Source: an uncultured Oscillospiraceae bacterium
Lineage (GTDB): Bacteria > Bacillota > Clostridia > Christensenellales > CAG-138
Assembly: GCA_964461335.1 (NCBI GenBank)
Contig: CAYWTY010000003.1
Coordinates: forward strand, 1-59,360
Direction of reading: 5' to 3'
Length of the DNA: 59,360 bases
In this document: positions 19,603-27,067 of the stretch, piece by piece
Numbering within the stretch: position 1 is the first letter of the stretch
How the letters are laid out: each line of letters starts with the position of its first letter
Position numbers and translations under genes: made by a program
The notes under the pieces: generated by a model
Told to the model about the DNA's origin: nothing
The model's input: only the letters and a program-made list of their open reading frames with translations
Databases searched by the model: none

Positions 19603-19770
19603 CTATTCTTCTTTTGGTTCCCGTCTTTCTTCTTTACAACATAGCCTATCACAGTACCGCTTGTTTGTGCGGTGGATTGTTTTTTTTAGGCCGCTGCGCC
19701 TAGGGAGCAGCATAAGCCCAATGCCACAAAAAACAGCACCAAAAGCTATCTCCACTAGCTTTTGCTCCAT
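19603..19770 (-). CDS. Unlisted 55-aa single-TM protein with a basic Cys-containing tail
   Basis: Hand translation: MEQKLVEIAFGAVFCGIGLMLLPRRSGLKKTIHRTNKRYCDRLCCKEERREPKEE. RBS AGGGGG lies 6 nt upstream. Below the 60-aa cutoff of the ORF track. Confidence 0.4.
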   Translation of the reverse strand: MEQKLVEIAFGAVFCGIGLMLLPRRSGLKKTIHRTNKRYCDRLCCKEERREPKEE

Positions 19771-19793
19771 GGTTTACCCCCTAAAAAGGTTTT

Positions 19794-19829
19794 CCCGCAG
19801 TCTGGCGCATTTGCGTACCAGACTGCGGG
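19794..19829 (-). terminator. Perfect 12-bp stem hairpin downstream of the D/Y/W-rich gene
   Basis: CCCGCAGTCTGG, 12-nt loop, CCAGACTGCGGG. On the minus strand it is followed by AAAACCTTTTT, so it could be a terminator or a stabiliser. Confidence 0.5.
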
Positions 19830-19852
19830 AAGCTCGAAGCCTTTTTTCGTTT

Positions 19853-20947
19853 TTACCACTCACCATCGTCGTAGTCGTAATAGTCGTAATCATCGCTGTA
19901 ATAGTCGCCCGGGTCACCTTGGTCACCAGCATCGAAATAATCGTCTGCATCAAAGTACCCATCGTCTGCATACTCGTATTCGTAAGCATCATAGGTTTCC
20001 CAGTAATCGTTGTATTCTTGATAATAGTCGTAATCGTAGTAATCCGAATATTCGTCGTAGAATCCCCAATCATTGTATTCGTCCCAGCCCCAGTCCCAAT
20101 AGGCGTCTGGGTCGCTGTAATAATCCCAGTCCGGTTCAAAATACCAATATGGAAATTCGCCGTAATTGCTTCCGTCATCCCACCAGGAATAGTAATAATA
20201 GGGCAGATATACCCACTCTTTAACGGTTTTGGATTTACTCTTTGGCGAAGGCCTCGCCTCTGGGTACTTGCTCGTATAAACCGCAGTTTGCGATGAACGG
20301 CTCACCTGTGCTGGCCGCAACACGTTGAGGCTGTTGAATACATTGGTAATCAGAAGCCCTTCCTCGTTAGTTATATTCGGGTCGAGCATTAAGGTAAGCA
20401 CATAGCAGGACTGGTTGATGATAGCTGCGGCCTGAAGCCCTGCCACAGTACCCTGCTCCTGCTCTGCAGTATAAGTGCAGGATTTTGAGAGTGCGCCAAA
20501 GAGCACGCCCTGGCTAAACTCCGATACCTGCACATTCGGGAAAGTGTTCGTAAGCGCCATAAGCGCGAGGTTGCACCCTGCAGTAAGGTTTTGGATGCCC
20601 GGGAATAGCGAAAGGATGAGCGCTGCATTGCCCGGCGCACTCATCACAGCTACATTGGCACCATCTTCCGTGACCTCACAATCGCCGTTTACGAGCATCT
20701 CGAGCATAAATTTCGAGTTGGTATACACCTCGTTCACTACTGTGCTTACATGCGCTGGCTCGGGCGTGTTCTTTGCAGGCACTGGCGCTGCAGCCTCTTC
20801 GCGCGCATTCGCTTCCTTTTTGCCGCAGCCGAATAACGCAGTTGCCATGCATAGCGCCATCGCCAACGCAAGCAACCGAATGCACCATTGTTTTCGTGTG
20901 AGTTCCAAAAGTATCCCTCCCCCATTTATTGGAATTAGGTATTTCAT
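19853..20947 (-). CDS. Lipoprotein with a globular domain and a roughly 125-aa Asp/Tyr/Trp/Glu-rich C-terminal tail
   Basis: 364-aa ORF with lipobox ALFGCGKK. The likely true start is TTG at 20908 (RBS GGGGGAGGG 7 nt upstream). The tail (YYYYSWWDDGSNYGEFPYWYFEPDWDYYSDPDAYWDWGWDEY...DYDYYDYDDGEW) has no K, R or H. Confidence 0.7.
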   Translation of the reverse strand: MKYLIPINGGGILLELTRKQWCIRLLALAMALCMATALFGCGKKEANAREEAAAPVPAKNTPEPAHVSTVVNEVYTNSKFMLEMLVNGDCEVTEDGANVAVMSAPGNAALILSLFPGIQNLTAGCNLALMALTNTFPNVQVSEFSQGVLFGALSKSCTYTAEQEQGTVAGLQAAAIINQSCYVLTLMLDPNITNEEGLLITNVFNSLNVLRPAQVSRSSQTAVYTSKYPEARPSPKSKSKTVKEWVYLPYYYYSWWDDGSNYGEFPYWYFEPDWDYYSDPDAYWDWGWDEYNDWGFYDEYSDYYDYDYYQEYNDYWETYDAYEYEYADDGYFDADDYFDAGDQGDPGDYYSDDYDYYDYDDGEW

Positions 20948-21187
20948 AATAGTAGCATATGGAAAGCAGAAACGACAGTAGCTATTAATAATATGTTTAT
21001 TTTTGGGGTCGAATTTCGGCTATCGGCATTATTTGTGAAGTAACGCAGGCAAAGTGTATGAAGGCGTGATTAGCTCATGCAAAAAAAGCGAGTCCTTTTG
21101 CTAAAAGAGGAGCAGCGACGAAACGCGTGATAGGTAGATTTTATGCAATAAAAAATCGCAGCTAAACTTTGTGAAGTATGCGGCGAC

Positions 21188-21207
21188 TTGGCGCGCCCTG
21201 AGGGATT
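21188..21207. repeat. 20-bp perfect direct repeat of the tRNA-Arg 3' end (copy of 21364-21383)
   Basis: TTGGCGCGCCCTGAGGGATT occurs at both 21188-21207 and 21364-21383. An inverted 13-mer, TCGAATCCCTCAG, lies at 21303-21315. Confidence 0.9.
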
Positions 21208-21323
21208 TGCCGGCTGCACAGGGGCAGTGCCGCCGCCAGCCCGGGGTGCTGAAAAACCATTCACTGGATGCTTTTTCGCCTGCAGATGGCAGGCCGCACC
21301 CGTCGAATCCCTCAGTCCCTTAT

Positions 21324-21362
21324 CCAAAAAGCAACAGAGCAGGCATATACCTGCTCTGTTGC
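21324..21362 (-). terminator. Rho-independent terminator immediately 3' of tRNA-Arg
   Basis: Perfect 13-bp stem GCAACAGAGCAGG / CCTGCTCTGTTGC with a 6-nt loop, then TTTTTGG on the minus strand. Confidence 0.8.
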
Positions 21363-21364
21363 TT

Positions 21365-21441
21365 TGGCGCGCCCTGAGGGATTCGAACCCCCGACCTTCT
21401 GGTCCGTAGCCAAACGCTCTATCCAGCTGAGCCAAGGGCGC
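21365..21441 (-). tRNA. tRNA-Arg (anticodon ACG)
   Basis: Hand-folded 77-nt cloverleaf: acceptor GCGCCCT/AGGGCGC, D arm GCTC-AGCTGGATA-GAGC, anticodon loop CTACGGA, T arm GGGGG-TTCGAAT-CCCTC, encoded CCA. Confidence 0.9.
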
Positions 21442-21462
21442 AAAGCGTAAGTTGCGAAATTC

Positions 21463-21491
21463 ATTATAGCCAATAGGCAAAAACATGTCAA
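21463..21491 (-). promoter_or_regulatory. Consensus sigma-A promoter for tRNA-Arg
   Basis: Minus strand reads TTGACA, 17-nt spacer, TATAAT, ending about 20 nt upstream of the tRNA 5' end. Confidence 0.65.
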
Positions 21492-21570
21492 GTATAGCAT
21501 TATTTTAGAATCGGCTTATCTGCTTACTGTTGTGGAGCTTATTTTAGGAGCTTAGCTTTTTACGGGGCGC

Positions 21571-22419
21571 TTAAAGCGTCTGCCTAAGCTTTTCATCCGG
21601 AAACTCAGCCTCAAAAACAAGTTCTGCAGGCCCGCTCATATAAATTGTGTCGTTTTCATCCCACTCAATAAAGAGCTTCCCTAAGGGCAGGTGCATATTG
21701 ACGTATCTATCGCACAGCCCGTTCAAGCTGCATAGCACAGCAGTTCCGCATGCGCCTGTGCCGCATGCAAGCGTAGGGCCTGCGCCCCGCTCCCAAATTC
21801 GCATAATAATGTTCTCTGTATCTATAACCTTAAAAAAGCTTACATTTGTACCCTCTGGGAAAAGTGCGTGCTTTTCAATTGCAGGGCCGTATGTTCTAAG
21901 GTCAAAGAGCGCAGGGTCAGCAACAGGCACAGCAGTAACAGGCACCCCTACACGCACAGACGAAAAGCTAAAGCTTTGCCCAAGCGCATTTAATGTGCCG
22001 TTTTGGCAAATGTTGCCTGCAACAGGGATTTCTTCGCAATTAAACTTCGGCTTGCCCATGTTTACGCGAACTGCCTCTACTTGCGCACTTTCATTTAAAA
22101 TAAGTTCGGGCAGCACAGGGCCGGAAAGCGTCTCAACATCAAATGCTTTTTTGCGTATAAGCCCTGCCTCATACACGTATTTTGCAAAAACGCGTATACC
22201 GTTTCCGCACATTTCAGCCTCAGAGCCATCAGCGTTAATTATACGCATCCTTAAAGCTGAACTTTTTGAGGGAAGTATTATAAGCAGCCCATCCGCACCA
22301 ACTCCTGTTTGCCTATGGCAAAGCACTTTTGCTGCATAATTATAGTCAAGCTCATTGTTGAAGCGGCCGTCAACAATTATAAAATCGTTTCCAAGCCCAT
22401 GCGCTTTTATAAAATGCAT
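21571..22419 (-). CDS. dapF: Diaminopimelate epimerase
   Basis: FIKAHGLGNDFIIVD, MCGNGIR and ACGTGACG active-site Cys motifs. Start taken at MHFIK (RBS AAGGAGG, 5-nt spacing). The track ORF extends to 22461. Confidence 0.9.
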   Translation of the reverse strand: MHFIKAHGLGNDFIIVDGRFNNELDYNYAAKVLCHRQTGVGADGLLIILPSKSSALRMRIINADGSEAEMCGNGIRVFAKYVYEAGLIRKKAFDVETLSGPVLPELILNESAQVEAVRVNMGKPKFNCEEIPVAGNICQNGTLNALGQSFSFSSVRVGVPVTAVPVADPALFDLRTYGPAIEKHALFPEGTNVSFFKVIDTENIIMRIWERGAGPTLACGTGACGTAVLCSLNGLCDRYVNMHLPLGKLFIEWDENDTIYMSGPAELVFEAEFPDEKLRQTL

Positions 22420-22555
22420 ATCCGCCTCCTTAAAGCTATCTCCATCGCTATTATACTGCAAAGCAACGTTGCTTGCACAGCATTATTCTTATACTATACA
22501 AATCCGCGACTTAGGGGTATCATATTCGTGATGATTCTTAAGGAGGCATATTGAA

Positions 22556-23434
22556 ATGCTTCATTTTATCTTTAACCCCATTGCAGGGCATGGAATCTCC
22601 CAAAAAAAGTTCAAACAAATGGAAGCGCTGTTAAAAGAGCGCGGCATTACATACACTGTCGGCTGCTCACAATACCCAGGCCATAGCCATGCTCTTACTC
22701 AAGAGGCGCTTGAAGCAGGCCATAAATGCATTGTGGCAGTAGGGGGGGATGGCACTGTTCGCGAGGTTGCGCATGAACTTATTGGCAAGGGTGTAACAAT
22801 GGGGATTTTCCCTTGCGGCACTGGCAACGACCTATCGCGCAGCCTTAACATACCACAGGATATAGAAGCTGCGCTTGAAATACTGCTTAATGGCAATGAA
22901 CACGAAATAGATGCAGCAGAGGCAAACGGCACCCTCTTTTTTAATGTAGGGGGGTTTGGCTTTGACGTTGATGTGCTTATAAACACAGAGCGCTTCAAAA
23001 AGCGGTTTAAGGGGCTTGCAGCATATATGCTTGGGCTTTTTAGCGCTTTGTGCGGGCTTAAGCTCAACGCTGTGCGCATAACTTCGCCTGAAGAAACCTT
23101 TGAGTGCAATGCGCTTTTAGTTGCCGCATGCAACGGCACCCACTTTGGCGGCGGCATGAATGTAGCGCCAAAGGCTGACCCTGCTGACGGGCTTCTTGAT
23201 ATTTGCATAATAAGCGATGTTACGCGGCTTACAGTAATTTCTGTGCTTTCAAAGTTCATAAAAGGGCGGCACCTGTCCCTGCCTATGGTAAAGTATTTTA
23301 AAACAACACAAATCAGCGTTGAAACCGAACGCCCGCTGCCGTTGCAGCTTGATGGGGAAGTTATCGGAAATACGCCTGTTACATTTAAGGTGCTCCCAAA
23401 AGCGCTAATAGTTAAGGCTGGCTGCAAGGCTTAA
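22556..23434 (+). CDS. Diacylglycerol-kinase-family lipid kinase (YegS/DagK-like)
   Basis: 292 aa. NP.AG...GGDGT and GTGND motifs of the DAGK catalytic domain. Confidence 0.85.
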   Translation: MLHFIFNPIAGHGISQKKFKQMEALLKERGITYTVGCSQYPGHSHALTQEALEAGHKCIVAVGGDGTVREVAHELIGKGVTMGIFPCGTGNDLSRSLNIPQDIEAALEILLNGNEHEIDAAEANGTLFFNVGGFGFDVDVLINTERFKKRFKGLAAYMLGLFSALCGLKLNAVRITSPEETFECNALLVAACNGTHFGGGMNVAPKADPADGLLDICIISDVTRLTVISVLSKFIKGRHLSLPMVKYFKTTQISVETERPLPLQLDGEVIGNTPVTFKVLPKALIVKAGCKA

Positions 23435-23464
23435 GGTGCACTAAACCATAATTACAATCACTCT

Positions 23465-23507
23465 TTTAGGGAGTATAAATGCTTGTCGGGCATTTATACT
23501 CCCTAAA
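23465..23507. terminator. Bidirectional terminator hairpin between convergent genes
   Basis: Perfect 18-bp stem TTTAGGGAGTATAAATGC / GCATTTATACTCCCTAAA with a 7-nt loop. Confidence 0.75.
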
Positions 23508-23526
23508 TTGCTTAGAGAAACACTAA

Positions 23527-25683
23527 CTAATTCTTTCGCACTCTTACCCAATAGCCGCCGCTTCGGGTGGGGATATATCTATGGAAGCCCTGTAAATGCC
23601 TTGGGGGTACAGGCTTAAACTCGCCTGGAACTGCAGTTATGCTAAAGGTGTCTCCGCCTATTCGCATAAAGCCCTCAAGATACGGCCCTTGGCCTTCCGG
23701 CCTTTCAACGCGTATCCATACAGAACCCGGGAACTGGCTTGGGAACGGGTTTGCAATGCGGCTTGGTAGATTGCGCCTGCTTCTGTTATAAACAGGCAGA
23801 GATTCTTCTTGAAAATTGTCACTTACAAGCGCATCCGCTTCCTTTGCCCAAGCTGAAGCAGCTCCTCTAAGCGGGCTGTTTAGGGTTTGCTCAGCCTCTG
23901 CTTCATTATTTGGGAAGAGCCTCTTTGCCTCCTCTAAAATGCGCTTTAGCGCTGTGCTGCTGTTTGAAGCAATCTCTTCGCTGCGCATTTGTGCAGTTGG
24001 AGCTTGTGCTGGGTTTTCCTCCATGGGCTGCTCCATTTTATTCTGGGCTTCGTTTTTAAGCCTTTCAAGCTCGAGAATAGAAGCTTCCTTTGCTAAGCGC
24101 AGGCATTCTGGCAGGGAGCCTTCTCTATTGCCCTGCTGGCTATTTTGGTTATTGCTGTCGCCAATATTGTTTTCGCGCCTTTTTGGCTGTTGTAGAGGCG
24201 CTTGTTGTACTGAGTTTGGGAAACCGCTTTGCTGCGCTTTGTTATTATTTGCTTCATTCACCCCTTGTGGCTGGGCTTGGGGCTGAGTTTTAGGTTGCTC
24301 CATAGAAGCAAATGGTTTTGCTGCGCTTTGCTCTAAAGGCATTGGCGCAGGCGTAGATGCAGGCGGCTGCGTAGGTGTAGGCTGTGAAACGGGCACACGT
24401 GTACGCATAGGTATAGGTGGCGGCATAGGTATTGGCGTATGGAAGGGTACAGGCGGCAGCATTGGTATTGGAGTTTGGAAGGGTACAGGCGGTGGCGTAG
24501 GTAAAGGTTGTGGAACAGGTGCAGGTTGTTGTTCTGGTAAAGGTTGTGGAATAGGTGCATGTTGTTGTGCAGGTAAAGGTTGTGGAATTGGTTGAGGTTG
24601 TTGTTCTGGAATAGGTGCAGGTGGAGGCGTGGGTGTTGATGCAGGCGTTGGCGCAGGCTGAGCCCCTATTCCCTGTTGGCCGGGAGTACCTGTTTGTTCA
24701 AATTCAATAACAGGCGGCAAAAACGGGAATGCGGGCTGTTCCATCATGCCCGGCGAGCCCAAGGGGCATGAGGTTCCCTGTTGCTGCTCTTCTTGCGCTT
24801 TGAAGGCATATGCACGAACTTCAAATGATGGCACCTCCTGTTGGTTAGGTGGGGGCAGGGGGTGCATATTAAATATTTGGCCTCGTGGAGGCGTCTCGGG
24901 CTTATGTTCGGGTTCTGCTTCTTCTTGTGCAATAGGCTTTTTAGGCATTTCGCGTTCACTAAGCGGCTTTTGCTCAGAGTAGTGTTTTTGGAGTATGTGC
25001 TCGTCAAACAGCTCCCCTATGGGGAATGCATCTTTAGGCTTTTCCCTAAAGCCGGGCTTTGGCTGAACATCTGCTGTTCCTTCGTCAGCTCTTTTCGCGA
25101 TGTGTTGCTCTGGGGTTTTATTCTGCGCAGCTACTGTGTTTTGCTGCGCTCTGCCAGGCATATGCAACTCTTCATTTTGTTGCCTGGGCTGTGCAGGGCG
25201 TGCAGCTGCAGGTACGTTTGGCACAGGCTGTGTCTCTAAGACAGCTTGTGCTTTTGGCGTGCTTGCATTTAAGCGGGCGCCTGTTGCCTCGGGCGTAACC
25301 TCTAGCTTGGGCATAGGGCCGGGAGGCGCTGCTTTTGCGCCAGGCGAACCTTCTAAAGTATTCCCAAAGCATAAGCGCAGGCGTACCATAGCAGCTTCGA
25401 ACTCCTCCTCATTACTCCTAACAGGCCCGCAGCAAACGCATACGCCCTGCGCATTCATTGCTGCAATGCCATAGAGAATTTCTCCGCTGTGGTGGGGGGC
25501 CTTCCCATCGATTACTCCATGCAGCCCATCGCTTGTAAGTAGAAACAGGTCGAGTTCCGGCCGTTCTTGGCCGCTCCAGCGTACATCTACTTCCGAAAAG
25601 CTGTTGACGGAGCGCACGCGAGCTATTGCGCAATGCGAGCCATCAGGTGCAAACATCGGAATCATTGTTACCATTTGTTCCAT
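23527..25683 (-). CDS. 718-aa protein with structured termini and a long Pro/Gln-rich low-complexity core
   Basis: RBS AAGGAGG 6 nt upstream of the ATG. The core contains PIPQPLPAQQHAPIPQPLPEQQPAPVPQPLP... The ordered C-terminus ends ...GGYWVRVRKN. I recognise no family. Confidence 0.7.
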   Translation of the reverse strand: MEQMVTMIPMFAPDGSHCAIARVRSVNSFSEVDVRWSGQERPELDLFLLTSDGLHGVIDGKAPHHSGEILYGIAAMNAQGVCVCCGPVRSNEEEFEAAMVRLRLCFGNTLEGSPGAKAAPPGPMPKLEVTPEATGARLNASTPKAQAVLETQPVPNVPAAARPAQPRQQNEELHMPGRAQQNTVAAQNKTPEQHIAKRADEGTADVQPKPGFREKPKDAFPIGELFDEHILQKHYSEQKPLSEREMPKKPIAQEEAEPEHKPETPPRGQIFNMHPLPPPNQQEVPSFEVRAYAFKAQEEQQQGTSCPLGSPGMMEQPAFPFLPPVIEFEQTGTPGQQGIGAQPAPTPASTPTPPPAPIPEQQPQPIPQPLPAQQHAPIPQPLPEQQPAPVPQPLPTPPPVPFQTPIPMLPPVPFHTPIPMPPPIPMRTRVPVSQPTPTQPPASTPAPMPLEQSAAKPFASMEQPKTQPQAQPQGVNEANNNKAQQSGFPNSVQQAPLQQPKRRENNIGDSNNQNSQQGNREGSLPECLRLAKEASILELERLKNEAQNKMEQPMEENPAQAPTAQMRSEEIASNSSTALKRILEEAKRLFPNNEAEAEQTLNSPLRGAASAWAKEADALVSDNFQEESLPVYNRSRRNLPSRIANPFPSQFPGSVWIRVERPEGQGPYLEGFMRIGGDTFSITAVPGEFKPVPPRHLQGFHRYIPTRSGGYWVRVRKN
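24421..24607. repeat. In-frame 36-bp tandem repeats inside the Pro-rich gene (2 units, 7-nt gap, then 3 units)
   Basis: Units at 24421-24456 and 24457-24492 (PPVPF.TPIPM type), and at 24500-24535, 24536-24571 and 24572-24607 (PLP.QQ.AP.PQ type). Confidence 0.8.
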
Positions 25684-25876
25684 TGCCTACCTCCTTATGC
25701 CGCGTTTTGCGTATTGCCCTGCAATGCGTTTAATGCGGCAAAAATTGCTTTCCCTACATATATATGCGCATTTGTTGCTTGTGACGCTAAATTTTCACAC
25801 ACGTTGTGCGCATGTGCAATGCAAGCGCTCCTTTGCTGTGTTATAATAAATTCGCAACAAAAAAAGGAGATGAGCT

Positions 25877-27067
25877 ATGTCCTGCCGCTTTTCAAAAGAA
25901 GCGCTGCCGCTTGAGGCAACGCCTGTTGAGAATATGTTCATACTCGAATATATGCCAAGCGCAAACGCTTTGCAGCTTCAGGTGTACCTATATGGGCTTA
26001 TGCTCTGCAGATACCCCGCGTTTTTGGGGATGCCTGTTTCGGATGCGCTTGGCATTACCGAAGACGAGGTTCTTGAAGCATTTGTTTACTGGCAGCGTGA
26101 GGGGTTAGTGCGTATTCTAAACGCCAACCCATTGGATGTTGAATATACTGCGCCAAGTGAGCGCAGAGCTGAGCCAACCCTTGTGCCAGGCAAGCATCAT
26201 GAGCTCATTCAGGCTGTACAGCAGCTATTTGCGCCGCGAAGCCTTAGGCCTGCTGACCTAAGGCGCGTATATGATTGGGTGGATGTATTCAGTATGGAAG
26301 ATGCTGCAGTGCTTGAACTTATTTCGCATTGTATAAAAGCAAAAGATGGCTCTGTGAGCATGAACTATATTGATAAAGTCGCTTTAGCGTGGGCAGATGC
26401 AGGTGTTACTACAGCCAAACAGGCAAGGGCAAGGGCACAAGCGCATGAGGAGCTTACAAGCGGTGCTGCTTTAGTGCTTAAGCGTTGGAACAAGAGCCGC
26501 CGCCCAACACAGGACGAGCTTGCCCTATATGAAAAATGGACACAGGACTGGGGGTTTACGCCAGAAGCAGTTTTATCCGCCTGCCCTGCAATAACACGTG
26601 CAGAGCGGCCGAGTTTTAAATATCTTGATGGGGTGCTTGAGCGGCTAAAGAACAAAGGCATTATTCTAGAAGATGCAATTTCTAAAACATTTGAAACAGA
26701 AGAAAAACATGCTTCTATAAGCCATGAGCTCTTTGCTGCAATGGGCATGGGCAGGGCTTCGCGGCCTGCTGAGCGCGAGCAGCTTGCTGCTTATATAGAC
26801 GAGGGGTTTGAGCTTCAAACACTTAAATCAATTGCAGATTATGCAGCTTCGGGTGAGCGTCCTTTTGCTTTTTTTAAGCGCCTTGTATCGGAACTAAAAG
26901 AGCAGGGAATATATAGCTTTGATGGTGTAGCCGGCCATTTAAGCGCTAAAGAATTAAAGCCTAGCCGTACAAAGCGGCAGCTTAACTCTGCCGACTACCC
27001 CCAAAAGCAATATTCCGATAAGGAACTTCAGCATATTTACGTAAAGCTGGACGAGGAGGCGGAATAA
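25877..27067 (+). CDS. DnaD-domain replication initiation protein (B. subtilis DnaB/DnaD-like)
   Basis: 396 aa. Repeated DnaD-type motifs (YIDKVALAWADAGVTTAKQA, FKYLDGVLERLKNKGI). Immediately upstream of a DnaI-like loader. Confidence 0.7.
   Translation: MSCRFSKEALPLEATPVENMFILEYMPSANALQLQVYLYGLMLCRYPAFLGMPVSDALGITEDEVLEAFVYWQREGLVRILNANPLDVEYTAPSERRAEPTLVPGKHHELIQAVQQLFAPRSLRPADLRRVYDWVDVFSMEDAAVLELISHCIKAKDGSVSMNYIDKVALAWADAGVTTAKQARARAQAHEELTSGAALVLKRWNKSRRPTQDELALYEKWTQDWGFTPEAVLSACPAITRAERPSFKYLDGVLERLKNKGIILEDAISKTFETEEKHASISHELFAAMGMGRASRPAEREQLAAYIDEGFELQTLKSIADYAASGERPFAFFKRLVSELKEQGIYSFDGVAGHLSAKELKPSRTKRQLNSADYPQKQYSDKELQHIYVKLDEEAE

Noticed and set aside
19475-20296. Long plus-strand ORFs (273 aa at 19475-20296, 153 aa at 19762-20223) and a second minus-frame ORF (19774-20178) with Ile/Val/Thr/Arg-rich repetitive translations.
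   Set aside because: They are alternative-frame or antisense readings of the degenerate D/Y/W codon repeat of the 19853-20947 gene. They have no RBS and purely repeat-driven composition.
21186-21330. tmRNA (ssrA) candidate: the minus strand contains GGATTCGACGGG, a motif I associate with tmRNA 5' ends, and ends in ...GCGCGCCA.
   Set aside because: At about 130 nt the segment is far too short. It has no tag reading frame, no T-arm 5' half, and no 5' strand to pair with the acceptor-like 3' end. The motif is simply the inverted copy of the tRNA-Arg T-arm.
21070-21500. Several 60-138-aa ORFs on both strands across 21070-21500.
   Set aside because: They overlap the tRNA-Arg gene, its terminator and the GC-rich duplicated segment. 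They have no RBS, and the tRNA cloverleaf explains the sequence.
21647-23427. Long antisense ORFs (230 aa opposite dapF, 242 aa opposite the lipid kinase). Similar cases occur at 14301-14819, 31697-32353, 32125-32907, 44379-45406 and 50608-51057.
   Set aside because: Each lies entirely inside a well-supported conserved gene on the other strand, lacks an RBS, and has Ser/Ala/Arg/Cys-rich composition typical of antisense frames.
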